Of a DNA stretch of 64,000 nucleotides, positions 24,950 to 38,320 are shown in pieces. The stretch's first letter is position 1. The number at the start of each line of letters is the position of its first letter. The notes under the pieces are model-generated. The model was not told where the DNA came from. It searched no databases and was given only the letters and a program-made list of their open reading frames with translations. A program made the translations under genes and the position numbers. The stretch comes from Eledone cirrhosa (Eukaryota), in assembly GCA_964016885.1 (NCBI GenBank), contig OZ024740.1, positions 273,110,001 to 273,174,000 on the forward strand, written 5' to 3'.

Positions 24950-25328
24950 TTACATATATATGTATAAACATATATATATGTATATATATAATTGAATATA
25001 AAAGAGAGATAAATACAAATATATACATATATGTATTCAAATCGTAAGGGATTTTATATTCAATTATATTACACGGCCCGGAAAAATCTCTTTCCTTGAG
25101 CTATTTAATTGTAAGAGACTATTTTGAGTTTCTAACTCAATATATACCTTTGATATATTCGGTTCCTTGAATTTGTTCAGCTAACTTAAATGTCGCGTAA
25201 ACTTAGCTGCTATTTTTAGTAGTATACGTTTTTGAGACACGCTAGGTTCTGATGCCATGTGCGTTATTCTATATACGCACACAATTCAGTTTTCTGAGAT
25301 ACTTAGAAGTGAAAGATTTACTAATTTC

Positions 25329-25409
25329 ACACCCACTGATGAGCAAAAGAATTGGTAATACCCTATCACTAAAATTGTGAAACAGCATTACCAAAAGCTG
25401 TCTTGGTGT
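25329..25409 (+). ncRNA. Type I hammerhead ribozyme with full stem III
   Basis: ACACCCA-CUGAUGA-GCAA...UUGU-GAAA-CAGC(auuaccaaaa)GCU-GUC/UUGGUGU; one stem I mismatch. Confidence 0.82.
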
Positions 25410-26454
25410 CTGGCAGTTGCCGCAATATCGGTTTGTATTTTTTTTCTAAATTTATTCTTTTAAATTGAGTCTGACAAACCCTATTGTTCATAGTAAGTAT
25501 TTATTTCACCCTGGTGAATCTGGTCCCTTACGATGTGAACACATATATGTGCCAAGCAGATGAAGAAATAAGATAAAGTAAAGTAAAATGGGGAAATAAA
25601 AGGCAATAAAATGAAGAAAATAAAAATATAAAAAAAAAAAAATTATGAGAAAAATAAAATGAAATGAAAAGGTAAAAAACTAAAAATATAAAAAAAAATA
25701 AATAAAATAAAGAAATAAAAAAGTTAAATAAAATACAATAAAATAGGATAAAATAAAATAAGAAAATAAATAAACAAAAAAATGATAAAGTAGTAAAAGG
25801 AATAAGATAATAAAAGAATAAAATAAGATAATCAAATAAAATGTGTGTGTGTTATAACCAATTTCAAAGTTTGAAAGATTTGGAAGATATTGACCGAAGT
25901 AGAAGTCTGTGTCAGAATCAATCTTTACACTATCATGGTGTGGTGCGTTTTAAGAGCAGATGAGACAATGGTGGAGTGTGATACCACAGAACCCGAGTGT
26001 TAAGATCCGGAAATGCAGAGGACTACAGTTCCCATGTTGGCATAGAGCTCATATGCGTGTATGTCAACTCACATCGTTCCAAGCACACACGCACAAGCAC
26101 AGGCCCAGGTGCATCCCCTAAGAACCACACACACACATACATACACACACACATACATACATACACACACACATTATAAACCCCCACACACACACTCACA
26201 TACACACACATACACCCACCCGCACACACACATGTAAGTATCTGTGCATGTACAATCTTAAATAACAGTATCTATGTATGGACATATGCATAAGTATGTG
26301 TTGTGACAGCAGTCGATCGAGGCAGGGGTAGGGTGGGGCTGCTGTCCTTATAGCTAGAGAGAAGTTCCCCTCGCAATGTTTTGTTATTGTCCATATGGCT
26401 TGAGGAAGGTCCCGGCCCTGAGGTGTCTCTCTCTCTCTCTCTATATATATATAT

Positions 26455-26712
26455 ACGATATTAAACAAATGGAAACTATATTTATAAAACCATATTTATT
26501 TCATTATACATATTTCAGGGATACCATATTAAAAATATGGCATGCCTTTTAATATGGTATCCCTGAAATATGTATAATGAAATAAATATGGTTTTATAAA
26601 TATAGTTTCCATTTGTTTAATATCGTATATCTACTCCAAAAATTTGTCGAGTGCTTTATATCAGTTATAAAATATTTACTTGTTGTAACCCAACAATTTT
26701 AAATAAAACTTT

Positions 26713-26718
<6 letters not shown>
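26455..26718 (+). repeat. Family B fold-back palindrome plus tail
   Basis: Arms meet at ATATTAAAA-ATATGGCATGCC-TTTTAATAT (~26545); (TA)n flanks. Confidence 0.9.
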
Positions 26719-26779
<61 letters not shown>

Positions 26780-27324
26780 TTATATGTAAACTATTTAAGT
26801 TCGATTCCTTGCCTTATTTCTCACTAATAACTTTTCTTATCAATGCGGGGTAAATTTCAATTGTTTAAAAATTCATTTTGGCCTACTGCACTAAGAATGT
26901 TAACTTGCATTTAGATACATGCTCAGTAAGTGGAACATAACCGGGGCGGGGGATACTTCACTGTCAAAATTTTAAATTAACTAATCAGTGATAATATTTT
27001 TAAAAACAGCCATATCCTCTCAAAATCATTTTGTGTTCTGACATATACTTGTTAGATTGTAGTTCGATGAGAGTAGTTTAGAAAAAGCCACCATATCATG
27101 ACCACGTGTGTTACCCCACTTACTAAAAATCAGTCCCAAACTCTATTAAAACATTTCAATTAATTTTTAATTAAAGTATATTTCTACGTTCGATTCCTCT
27201 TCTTTCCGATAATGACATTTCTTTTCGTTATTGATTCAATTAAAATCGAATAAATTGACTAATGATCAGTACTGTAGGTATGTTAGCCTACACATGACGG
27301 TACAGAGGCACTCAGTCCTCATAT

Positions 27325-27410
<86 letters not shown>

Positions 27411-27414
27411 GTGT

Positions 27415-27645
27415 TTCTTCTTCTTCTTCTTCTTGACAATTCTAGCTAATGGTTGTTATCCAACCATTTTGGTTGTGGTCTACCCCTGGGTCATGCCGGT
27501 TAGTTTTGCACGTAAAATCAGTCCAGCGATTCTTTCCTGAGACATTTTAAACACATGCCTGTACTATCGGAGCTGTGATCTCTCAATACAGATAAGTAGC
27601 GACTCTACCTGGAGTAACTCTTCTATCTACGAGCTCCGGCCGCTT
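27415..27645 (-). mobile_element. RTE-like LINE 3' end with (GAA)n tail
   Basis: Minus-strand ERSQLR...HV..MSQER...GRP..KWLD remnant; a similar copy at ~48265-48560 abuts a long (TTC)n. Confidence 0.6.
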
Positions 27646-27868
27646 GTATTCGAGGTCGTATTCTTTCCGTCAATACCTAAGACCATAGGTAAGGGTTGGC
27701 ACCAATACTAAGTTGAAGGTAGCAAGTTTGACGTTTACACTTACCGGCCCTCTTCTAATTATCAATTACGAAAGATAATGCATAAAAGCAGCAGCTCCTG
27801 CGATTCTTGCAATTTAACCAGCCGAACGCGAATTCCTATAGAGACTTCAGAGCATCAAGAAGCTGATA

Positions 27869-29607
27869 CACCGTGTAACAAAAAAAAATGTTTCTCTTTT
27901 CCTGGCTTGTAATCACTTTTTTGTGTTGTTTAGGTCCCAAATAAATTAAAAAAAAGTGCTAAAAGTGTTAAAAGTTGGGGTTTGTAAAAATTCTAAGCTA
28001 TCACTAGAATTATTTGTATGCTGGATTTTACGCTGTATGTAAGTTTAATTTGCTTATGTTAAATGATTTTTTATATATGTTTCAGGTTAAATTAAAATTA
28101 TAAAATAAAGAGTAATACCTAAAGAAAATTATAAAAGTGCAATAAAGTATAAAATTGTTAAAAAGTGGATTAAAGAGATTTATTGATACTGGATTTTCGC
28201 ACCCTGAATAAAGGGTAAGTTGTGTTTTAAACATTCGACTCCAGGTTGAAGCAGTGGAACTTGGTCAAGGAGGAAGTGCAGGTGACAAGTCAGAGACGTC
28301 GACACGAACCTTTCTCAGGCTTTTACACTCTTAGGGATGGCCTCTGCTTCTGCCATGACGTGCCTGGACTGTTTGACGTTATTGGAGTGCCGTTTGTGCC
28401 CAAGGAGTGACGGCTATTTAAAGACAGCTCCACCCCAAGTTTGAAGGCTGTCCTCCTCCACAATGGAAACAAGTTCCCAACACTGCCCCTAGCTCATTCA
28501 GCCTGCCTGAAGGAAGATTACTACAGTGTAAACGTCCTCTTCGAAGCCCTGCAATACAACCAGTACAATTGGGAAATCATTGGAGACTTCAAGACGGTAG
28601 CTTTCCTGCTTGGACTCCAAGGATGCTTTATCAAATTCCAATGCTTCCTCTGCCTTTGGGACAGCAGAGCCACCTCTGACCACTACAAAAGAAAGAACTG
28701 GGAACAGCGAACAGAATTTGTAGTTGGGACTCGGAACGTCATGTGGGAGCCACTGGTTGATCCCAGGATTGTGCTCATGCCGCCACTGCACATTAAGTTG
28801 GCGTTGATGAAGCAGTTTGTGAAGGCTCTCAACCAAGAATCAGCCGCTTTTAAGTACCTTCTTGAGTTCTTCCCCAAGTTATCTGAGGTTCAAATCAAAG
28901 GTGGAATTTTTGTTGGACCTCAGATAAAGAAGGTGTTTGAGTCTACCGAGTTCTCCAATAAGCTCAATAGGATTGAGAGAACAGCATGGAACTGTTTCAA
29001 GGCAGTTGTTAAGGGCTTCCTGTGCAACCTCAGAGCTGAAAACTACCAGCAACTGGTGCAGGATCTGATAAAGGCTTTTGGCGCCATGGGATGCAGGATG
29101 TCACTTAAACTCCATATGCTGGACGCTCACCTGGAACAATTCAAGGACAATATGGGCGCCTACTTAGAAGAACAAGGCGAACGATTCCACCAAGATGTGA
29201 AAGAGATAGAGTGGAGGTACCAGGGCCACTACAATGAAAACATGACGGTGGATAATATCTGGGTGCTAGTGCGGGAATGCGACCTGGACTACAACCGTAA
29301 ATCCAGGAAATCCAGTCATTTCTGACGTGTATAAGCTGCTTTATAAGTGTTATTTGTTTTTACTTGTTTGCTTTTGATAAGCTTGTGTAATAGAATAAAT
29401 ATATACTCTGTTGATTTAATTATATGAACTGAAACATTTTTTCAAAATGTGTTTTTTCTTGAAAAATATGAAAATTTCGAAATATCAAACTCTTGACCAC
29501 AAACCCAAACTTCTGATTAAATAATAGTCTTTTTTAAATAATAATGGGATATAACAAACCATGAAATGACACTTAGAACCGGGGAACAAAAAATATGTTA
29601 CACGGTG
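27869..29607 (+). mobile_element. Internally deleted DNA transposon, Chapaev3-like (CMC superfamily)
   Basis: Terminal inverted repeats CACCGTGTAACA ... TGTTACACGGTG flanked by TA on both sides; transposase remnant inside. Confidence 0.8.
28237..29325 (+). pseudogene. Chapaev3-like DDE transposase, C-terminal half
   Basis: SRLKQWNL, LLHNGNKFP, IIGDFK, CFLCLWDSR, PPLHIKL, MSLKLH, EEQGERFHQD; in-frame TGA at ~28408; N-terminus missing. Confidence 0.8.
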
Positions 29608-29609
29608 TA

Positions 29610-30180
29610 ATCGATCCCATACCTCTGCAGAACCTTCCAGAAAAGTTCCATGAAACGCTGTCGTGTGCTTTTTCAAGGTCTACGAAGAAATCACTCGTGA
29701 ACACGGCCCCGAGATACCTGAACATTTCTACCTACTTCAGTAGAACTCCACTCATTAGTAAATTGCACTGCGCACATATATGTGAGAGGATGAGTCTCCC
29801 ACTCTTCGCAGCACTGATTTTCATTTCAGCCATGCAGCACTCGGCACCAAACCTATCAATTGCATGTCGGAGATCCACTTCTTAGGAATTAAGTAATACA
29901 ATGTCTGCAAATTCCATCCGACTGAAAGAAGCCAAGATGTATTGCTGACAACACGAAAATCCAGCACAGAATGGAAGAGATCAGTGACAATACCAAATTC
30001 AATTATTAATCTCTGTCCTTGGTTCCCATTACACCATGTATCTTTATGAATTTGTTTATGCTGGAAGATGTTTATAATAGAGAGCCCGTTGAAAAGATCG
30101 TCTGTTGGGCCTCTCCATAGGTAATTAGATCGGGATCGCCTTCCTTCCAATCACCTCTTTCCATGACAAGTGGCCATAGC
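29610..30180 (-). mobile_element. Rearranged RTE-like RT fragments
   Basis: Minus-strand FFVDLEKAHDSV and FRYLGAVFT motifs. Confidence 0.55.
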
Positions 30181-31702
30181 CAACATGTGTATTGAAGTCT
30201 CTCATTAGAGTATACGTCATAACTATATCTAACGCTGCAGTGACTTCATCATTGTGGATAAATGTACCCCAGCAAAGATTCAAGAGTTAAATCTTCCTTC
30301 CATTTTGATTTCTCCTTAAGTATTCAGATTCTTTACCGTTATTCTTTTACACATTTTCCTTACTTTTGATTAAAGAATTTAAAATTCCATATATTTCATT
30401 CGTTGATTAATTCCGTTACACAGTTTGGCAATCTTGCATACAAGCATTTTTCTTCTTACTTCATTTTAAATTAGAAAAAAATTCCCTTTCTCTTTATTAA
30501 TTCTCATTTGATTTAATTTTTCTTTCCTTTCACCATTTTTGTTTCTTCATTCATGTCTATTCTGTCTCACACGATATATATTTTATATTTCGTATTGTTT
30601 TCAAAGGTGATTATACAGATTCTTTGCCTCACCACATTTTCTTCTTCAATTTTCTGTTCTTTACTTCTCATTCTTAACGAGCAATAAAAATGCAACATTT
30701 ATTTTCTGATGTTATGGTCTCTCTCTCCTTCTTTTTGCTCTTGATCGATGGGACTGGGGTCATCCTAGGTCAGCGATCTCAGAAGCGTTTTCGTGAATAG
30801 AGCCGACCAGGTCTGCGAGTGCTCTCTATCGCTGGTGGTTCCGTGCCAGCCCCCAATATCTTCTAAGGTGACGTCGAGATCTTCCGTTATTACTTCCACC
30901 CATCTGTTGCGAGGTCTTCCGGAGGGACTCTTTCAGCAGGAAGCTGCCAGGTCGAATTAGAGCAAAGCCCTGGTATGATAATCTGGTGTGAGCCGGAGGA
31001 GATGTCTGTACCAATCCAATGCATCCGACGGATGGCTATGAGGCGGGAGGACCGACGCGTTGTTGATACGGAGCTTCGTTTTATAACAGCATGTTTAATT
31101 TTGCTGTTTTAGCAAAACTCTATTCAATTCCTATATCTTCTTCTTCTTCTTCTTCTTCTTCTTCTTCTTCTTCTTCTTCTTCTTCTTCTTCTTCTTCTTC
31201 TTCTTCACCTCAAAAGTAGATATGTAGAATACAATGTATATTATATCTGAAAAACAAACTGAAGATTTATGACTGAAATACCTTTCATCATAGATCTGCT
31301 TGACCAGGGCTTACCTTGGACTAAATGATCACCACCAAAACAACACTTAGACCAAACCATCACACCAATTTTACATCATCTGTTCAGCATAAGCATCAGC
31401 TTATGAGAGCTGGCTAAGGACATGGTCTTGCCCCACCATAACAAATTTATCAATATGTATGTACTGCTAAGCAGTTTCTGTACGGGTTGTTAGTCAAAGG
31501 CAACCGGCTAACGCATAAATCAAATCTCAAGTACAAAAACTGCACCAAAATAACTTTGATAAATTCAAAAATCAGAGAATATAATTGCGAAAATGTTGCC
31601 TTAGATCGATCATATTTGAGGAAAACTGTTTAATGTAAAAACACGAATTTGGAAAATTTCGTACGGAGCATGAGAACTTATAGAAAGGACTGTGTAAGTA
31701 TG

Positions 31703-31885
31703 ATGGATTGGCAGTATCGGTAGAGGGTCGGACGCCATGCTTTCCAGCATAGTTACGTGCCTTTACGATCTGAGTTCAAATCCCGCCGAGGTTGACTTTG
31801 CCTTTCATCCTTATGGGGTCGATAAAATAAAGTACCAGTAATGCACTGGGTAATTGCTGGCCTTGTGCCTAAAGTAGAAACAATT
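31703..31885 (+). mobile_element. SINE, short form, young
   Basis: Near-identical to 49457-49635, 50197-50382 and 62050-62225. Confidence 0.9.
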
Positions 31886-32191
31886 AATTTACATGTGTTT
31901 TCAAATGATCAACATTACTGTATGCCTCACTCTTAGAAATCGTTATTGAAGTCATGTTCAAAATGATACCAATTATGGTCTCTTTGGCATTTCTTCCTGT
32001 CGTATGTGTGGAAAACAATGTGCCACGATCGGTGAACCGGTGGAACAAAGTGGGAGAAATGTTCATCAATGCAGCATACTCCGAAAGCAATATAAATCCT
32101 ATTCGAGTCATATTCGAGTCGCCGATGTTTCAGAGAGGGCGTTAGGTGGTGACAATAATGTAGAGGCATCTATTATATATGATAGAGATCG

Positions 32192-32648
32192 GTGTGGAAG
32201 TCGGACCTTCGTAAAGACCTGAAAATCCCCCTCTTCATTGCTGTAGTGGAGTCTGTGCTGCTGTACGGGTCTGAGACTTGGACACTGACTAAGAAACTCA
32301 CTCAGATGGTGAATGGGTGCTACACTAGAATGCTGAGTATAGCTCTGAACATTAATCAGTATACACTGAGGATGAAAATCTCAGAGCTGTATGGGAACCT
32401 CCCAAAAGTCAGCTCAAAAGTGACACAGATGAGAATGAGGTTAGCTGGACATGCTCACCAACATCCAGAGTTGACATTGCACTCAGTGCTCCTGTGGGAG
32501 CCTCTACATGGACACACTGAAAGAGGAAGACCAACGTTAACGTATGTTGATGCCCTATGTTGGAGACGCAGGACATGGCAGCGATAATGAGGGACAGAGA
32601 CCGCTGGAGAGAACTCGTCCATTGATCTCAGGAATTTTACCCGCCCTA
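32192..32648 (+). mobile_element. RTE-clade LINE 3' fragment
   Basis: VESVLLYGSETWTLTK, RMRLAGH, LLWEP, RGRP motifs; ends in (TA)n. Confidence 0.8.
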
Positions 32649-32689
32649 GATATATATATATATATATATAAACGTTTGTATAACCTCCT

Positions 32690-32740
<51 letters not shown>

Positions 32741-32758
32741 TGTGTATAGAAGATTAAG

Positions 32759-33137
32759 TTAATAAGAGGAATTCCAACTTTGTCTGATTTACTCGTTTTA
32801 TTTACAATCCTTTAAAATTCATAATGGTATTATAATGAAATAGTATGATAGAATATTAAATTCTAAGTGTTAATTGAACAAGTACTTTCATGCTTTCGCA
32901 ATCTTCAGGTTCATAATATGTGGTGACAGTCAAGTTTGCAATTTTCAACTGTTGAAAATTGCAAACTTGACTGTCACCACATATTATGAACCTGAAGATT
33001 GCGAAAGCATGAAAGTACTTGTTCAGTTAACACTTAGAATTTAATATTTTATCATAATATTTCATTATAATACCATTATAAATTTTAACGGATTGTAAAT
33101 AAAACGAGTAAATCAGACAAAGTTGGAATACCTCTTA

Positions 33138-33141
<4 letters not shown>
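32759..33141. repeat. 383-bp palindrome with a 1-nt centre and a hammerhead in each arm
   Basis: Centre TTTTCAAC-T-GTTGAAAA at 32950; (TA)n flanks. Confidence 0.95.
32987..33025 (+). ncRNA. Minimal type I hammerhead; mirror copy at ~32875-32913 on the minus strand
   Basis: UGAAC-CUGAAGA-uUGC(GAAA)GCAu-GAAA-GUA-CUU/GUUCA; palindromic AAGUACUU. Confidence 0.8.
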
Positions 33142-33189
<48 letters not shown>

Positions 33190-33202
<13 letters not shown>

Positions 33203-36200
33203 CTAGATGTCTGTCTGTGTGTGTGTATGATTTTTATGCATTTCCACATTTCTCTACCGATTTTGATGATTATTTTTCCAATGTGCTCCAAATTTACCGG
33301 GGCAGGTCAACGCCTTATTACTTTTGCCAAAATAAGAAATCGATAAAACTAAATACATGCTGTAACCCTCTCTCTTACACGCTTCATTCCTCTCACTACT
33401 ACCATAACAAATATATGAAAGTACTTACATGTTGCAACTCTATTTAAAAGGTTCATCCTTTCCTCTACTCCACTCTCAATCTCCTCTGCAACTGTCTTTA
33501 AAAGGATCATCACTCCCTCTACTCCCCACCTCAATCTCCTCTGCAACTCTCTCCAAAGGGTTACTGCCTCCGTCTATTACCCTATCAACATTACAATTTA
33601 GAACAACAACAACACTTCTTTTGAAGGAACGCGACACAAACTTTGAAACCTAAGCAACACATCGATTTATACAACAACCATAGCTTTACTCTCTCCGTCG
33701 CTCTTTCCTCTCTCTACAATAGATTATTCCCCCTCTCTATAATTTAACTGCTTTACTCTCTTCATGCTTCGAGGTTTAACACTAGCTTCACTCTCTCCGT
33801 CGCTCTTCTCTCTCTCTATAATAGATCATCCCCCCCCCCCTTCGTTCGGGAACGCGTAAAAAACTTTGATAACTAAGCGACACTCATACATCAAATATCA
33901 AAATTTAAAAAGCCGATAACACTAAATACATACTGCTCTTTCAACGTTACATTTTCCACACTTACATTTTACATCAAATAACAAATATTAAAAAGCAACA
34001 GATGAATTTATAAAACAAACAAACGTAACAATAACGACGCTTAAGCATTTATTTACATGATTCTCAACAAAGACATATTATATTGTTGTCCTTTTTGTAA
34101 TTTTCTTTCTTTGTTTTTCTCAATATGTGACAAAAAATTAATGAGAACACTTTTTTCACAGGATTCTATTCCAAGTCGGGACAATTATTGCTTTTGGTCA
34201 GGAGAAGGTCATGAAGCAAAACAATTTCAAATCAATCATCAATAAGGGCAAAAATCGATCATGATCTTTCCACCTCTCTATAATTTAACTGCTTTACTCT
34301 CTCTCTGTCGCTCTTAACTCCCTATATGACAATACTGCAGAGAGAGAAACAATGTATATGATCAAATGGAGCGTTCCGTATATTCCCCCTCTCCATAATT
34401 TAACCGCTTTACTCTCTCTGTCGCTCTTCACTCCCTATATGACAACACTGCAGTGGAGCGTTCCGTATTGACATACGGCTTATCTGGGGCATTTTCAATG
34501 GGCTTATTGCAAATAACAACCCGCAAAATAACACTTCATATAACAGATTAATGCTATAGACATATGAACCGGAATGTAACCCGTGAACATTTTCCTGGGC
34601 AAAATTATTCGAACAGACATCACCTAATTGTCAGAGTGTTCAGACTGAAACTGGCTAAACTCATGGCTTTAATCAAAAAGGTCAGGTATTTGGGGCTGTA
34701 AAATGTGACATGTTCACCGTCGAATGGCAAAAATGAGGGCTGCCGCATGCTCACATTTTGATTTGGTTAGCTGATAAAATCAATTCAAATGCCATAGACA
34801 GCTTCATTTCGGCTGAAATCCCTAACCCAGCAACTGACCAGGAATTACATGAGATCGTCAAAGCTAACATGATTCATGGTCCGTGTGCGTCGGGTCCAAA
34901 TGAGCATCACACATGTCTGAAAGGGGGGTCGTGCAGTAAGGGATACCCCAACAAATTTGTTGACCAGACTCAGTGGCGACGGGTACCCCCTGTACAGGCG
35001 GAGACGGCCCGAGAACGGTGGCTTCACCACAACAGTAAGGGGAGGTCAAGTCGACAATAGATGGATGGTCCCTTACTGCCCGCTTCTCTTGGAGATGTTC
35101 AACGCTTACATCAACGTTGAGTTTTGCATCTCCTTCAAGTCGATAAAATACATATGCAAATATGTAAATAAGGGCTCTGCTGCCGCAATGTTCGCATTTC
35201 AAGCTGAAAATAGCAGGGACGAGGTCACAGAATATCTGGCGGGGCGGTACATCAATAGCAATAAGGCTTTTTGTCCCCTATTTGGTTTACCCCTACACCA
35301 ACGAACGTCACCCCGCTATCGCACAGCTTGCGGTACATTTGGAAAATGGGCAAAGGGTTTACTTTACAGACCAAACCGCCGCCAAGTTGGCCGCCGATCC
35401 GAAAGAGACCACTCTGACGGGTTTCTTCAAACTTTACCAGTTCGATACATTTGCGCAAATAATTGTGTACTCCTAGCTTCCATCCTACTTTATCTGGTCG
35501 AAAAACACTTGGGTGCGAAGAAAGTCAGGTCAGGCTGCTGAAAGACGTCCTAGTGTAAAGTTTGACAGCTGTCTTGGAAGGGTTTACACTGTGCCCCCCA
35601 AGTCAACATGAGTGCTTTCATCTCCGCCTTCTTATGCATGAAGTTGTAGGCCCACAAAGTTTTCAGGACCTCAAAACTGTTGATGGAGAAATATGTGATA
35701 CGTACCGGGAAGCCTGCTTTAAGCGTGGTCTTTTGGAAGATGATTCGCAATGGGATTCCACTTTAGCAGAGGGTGCTTTGTTGAAATCACCTGAAGGTCT
35801 ACGGGAACTCTTTGCCATTTTGCTTCAAATGTGTGAATTGGGTGATCCCAAATCTTTATGAGTCAAGTACAGAGACTTCATGTCTGCAGTATACTTCAGT
35901 GGAAGTTGGTTACATCGACATTATCTACAACAGGATACTCATTGATATCGAGGACGCCCTCCTCGACATGGGTGGGAGTGAGTTGGCGACGTATGGCTTG
36001 CTGTTAACCGACAGAGAGGAAGCTAACACGTTGGCTCCGGATTTGTTGCGGGAAACAGCATATGACATTGAATCTCTTTCCAAATTGATTCTCGTTAAGA
36101 TTCGTCAGGAGAAAAAAATTGCGCTGGCCGTTGCTTCGTCCGGGATCGCTGCTACATTGCTGCCGGGAGGCAGGATAGCACATTCAACCATAAAACACCC

Positions 36201-37602
36201 CTTGGATTTAGTAAAAACTGAGACACCAACATGCAATATCAGCAAGAGTTCACACGAAGCTCTGGTTCTCAAAAAATGTTGCCTCATTGTTTGGGATGAG
36301 TGCACAATGGCACACGAGGTTGCCCTTGAGGCATTGGACAGGACCCTGAAAGACATTAGGGATTCTACGGCTCCTATGGGTTGCGTAACCCTTCTGCTAT
36401 CAGGGGATTTTCGGCAAACGCTGCCTGTCATCCCCAAAGTGACAAGAGCTGATGAAGTGCGTGCCTGCCTTAAAACGTCCATGTTGTGGCTCTAGGTGAA
36501 GAGTGTGTACCTGAATATGCGTGCGCATTTGTATTGTGACAACATGTCTGTAGCATTTACTCAGAATATTTTAGCACTTGGTGAGGGCAAGGTCCCTGCG
36601 GATGACAAGGGCGGTATAGCAATACACCCTGTCCAACATTGTGTGCAGCCCTTCTGACCTTTGGGAAGCAGTTTTTCTAACCTTAAAAACCTAGATTGGC
36701 TCAGCGAAAGAGCCATGCTTGCTCCGAAAAATACCATGGTTAATTTTATTAACGAGCAGCTGATTGAGAAGTTCCCGGTAAAGAGCCATCTTCAAATCTA
36801 TCTACCGGACGTCAGACCCCGATGATATCGTTAATTATCCGGTTGAGTTATTAAATTCCCTTGAGGGAATTCCCTTAGGGTTGGCTGTCCCATTATGCTA
36901 ATAAGGTGACTTCGGTCCACCAAAGCAGTGCAACGGTACTCGCATGGTCATCAAGTCATTGACGCCACACTTGATTGGGAGCACCATTGTAACGGGGTGC
37001 GGGAGAGGGGAGAATGTTTTCATTCCAAGGATGAACCTTTTCCCTTCGGCGTCAGATATCTCTTTCGATTTCCGGCGATCACAATTCCCGGTGAGACCAT
37101 GTTTTGCCATGTCCATTAACAAGTCACAAGGGCAAATATTGTCGGTGGCGGGCATCCATTTGGGGGAGCCATGCTTCTCCCATGGCCAACTTTATGTTGC
37201 CTGTTCCCGCGTAGGGAGCAGGAATGGACTTTTTGCTTTCACTCCTCAAGGGATGACACGCAATATCGTCTACAAAGAGGTGCTATGTGTTGGTGCAGAT
37301 GTTGGAGGTGTTGGAGTTATGTCGTCTGGAAAACTGGTAGGGTCACTCATAGCGGACAGATCTGACACACAGCGGCATCAGGGCCACCATCTTGCAACTT
37401 TGGTCTACTAAATTCTCTATTGGAAGATTATTGACCCATCATTGATTGTCCAAAATGCTAATAGGTTCGTAACTTTTAATAACCGGTTCAACTGGTTTAT
37501 GCACTTAATTAATAAGCTTATGCGCTTTCAAGCTACGTTTACCTGTATGTAACTTTTCATAGCAAATGAACAAACCCGAGCAACGCCGGGCTAAACTGCT
37601 AG
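33190..37602 (+). mobile_element. Decayed Helitron
   Basis: 3' end has hairpin CCCGAGCAACGCCGGG followed by CTAG|T at 37599-37602; 5' end lies within (TA)n before ATAAAATGCTAGATGTCTGTC (approximate); Rep/helicase remnants inside. Confidence 0.9.
34520..37290 (+). pseudogene. Helitron RepHel (HUH Rep plus PIF1-family helicase), frameshifted and internally deleted
   Basis: VEWQK*GLPHAHILIWL, MIHGPC, GYPLYRRR, IKYICKYVNKG, LAVHLENGQRVYF, VASSGIAATLL, IVWDEC, GDFRQTLPV, FAMSINKSQGQ, HGQLYVACSRV; many stops and frameshifts; Walker A motif absent. Confidence 0.92.
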
Positions 37603-37634
37603 TTTTATAATATTATGATTTTACAATTTTTTTT

Positions 37635-37745
37635 TCAAATCCCGCCGAGGTTAACTTTGCCTTTCATCCTTACGGGGTTGATAAAATAAAATACCAGTAA
37701 TGTACTGGATAATTGCTGGCCTTGTGCCTAAAGTAGAAACTATTA
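37635..37745 (+). mobile_element. SINE, 5'-truncated
   Basis: TTCAAATCCCGCCGAGG...AAGTAGAAAC. Confidence 0.8.
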
Positions 37746-37879
37746 TGATTATACAATTTGGTTTCGTAGATCTAGTATATATATATATATATATATTACC
37801 CATCCTACTACCCTAAGTATTGAGTACTCTAGTGCGTTATTGTCCACCTGGTATCTCACCACACCCTCTTTATTATATA

Positions 37880-38016
<137 letters not shown>

Positions 38017-38320
38017 GTGTGTGGTGTGTATGTATTTATATATATATGTGATAGGGGCAGTTCAGTCTCATCTCTTGTCGGTCTGTTTAGATTATTCACT
38101 CTTGTCAACTCTAAAGAAAGGATAAATTAAGAAAAACATCAATAATACAAAATGAGGTGAGAGGAGAGATTAATGTGTCAACATGAGTTAGACTTCTTTC
38201 GTGCTTGCTTTGTAAAGGTTTTGTTTTTGTCTTATCATTTAAGTGTGGAGAAGAGGATTAAATACCTCTACAGATACATAAAAAGCTTAGACACGTTTAT
38301 ATATATATATATATATATAT

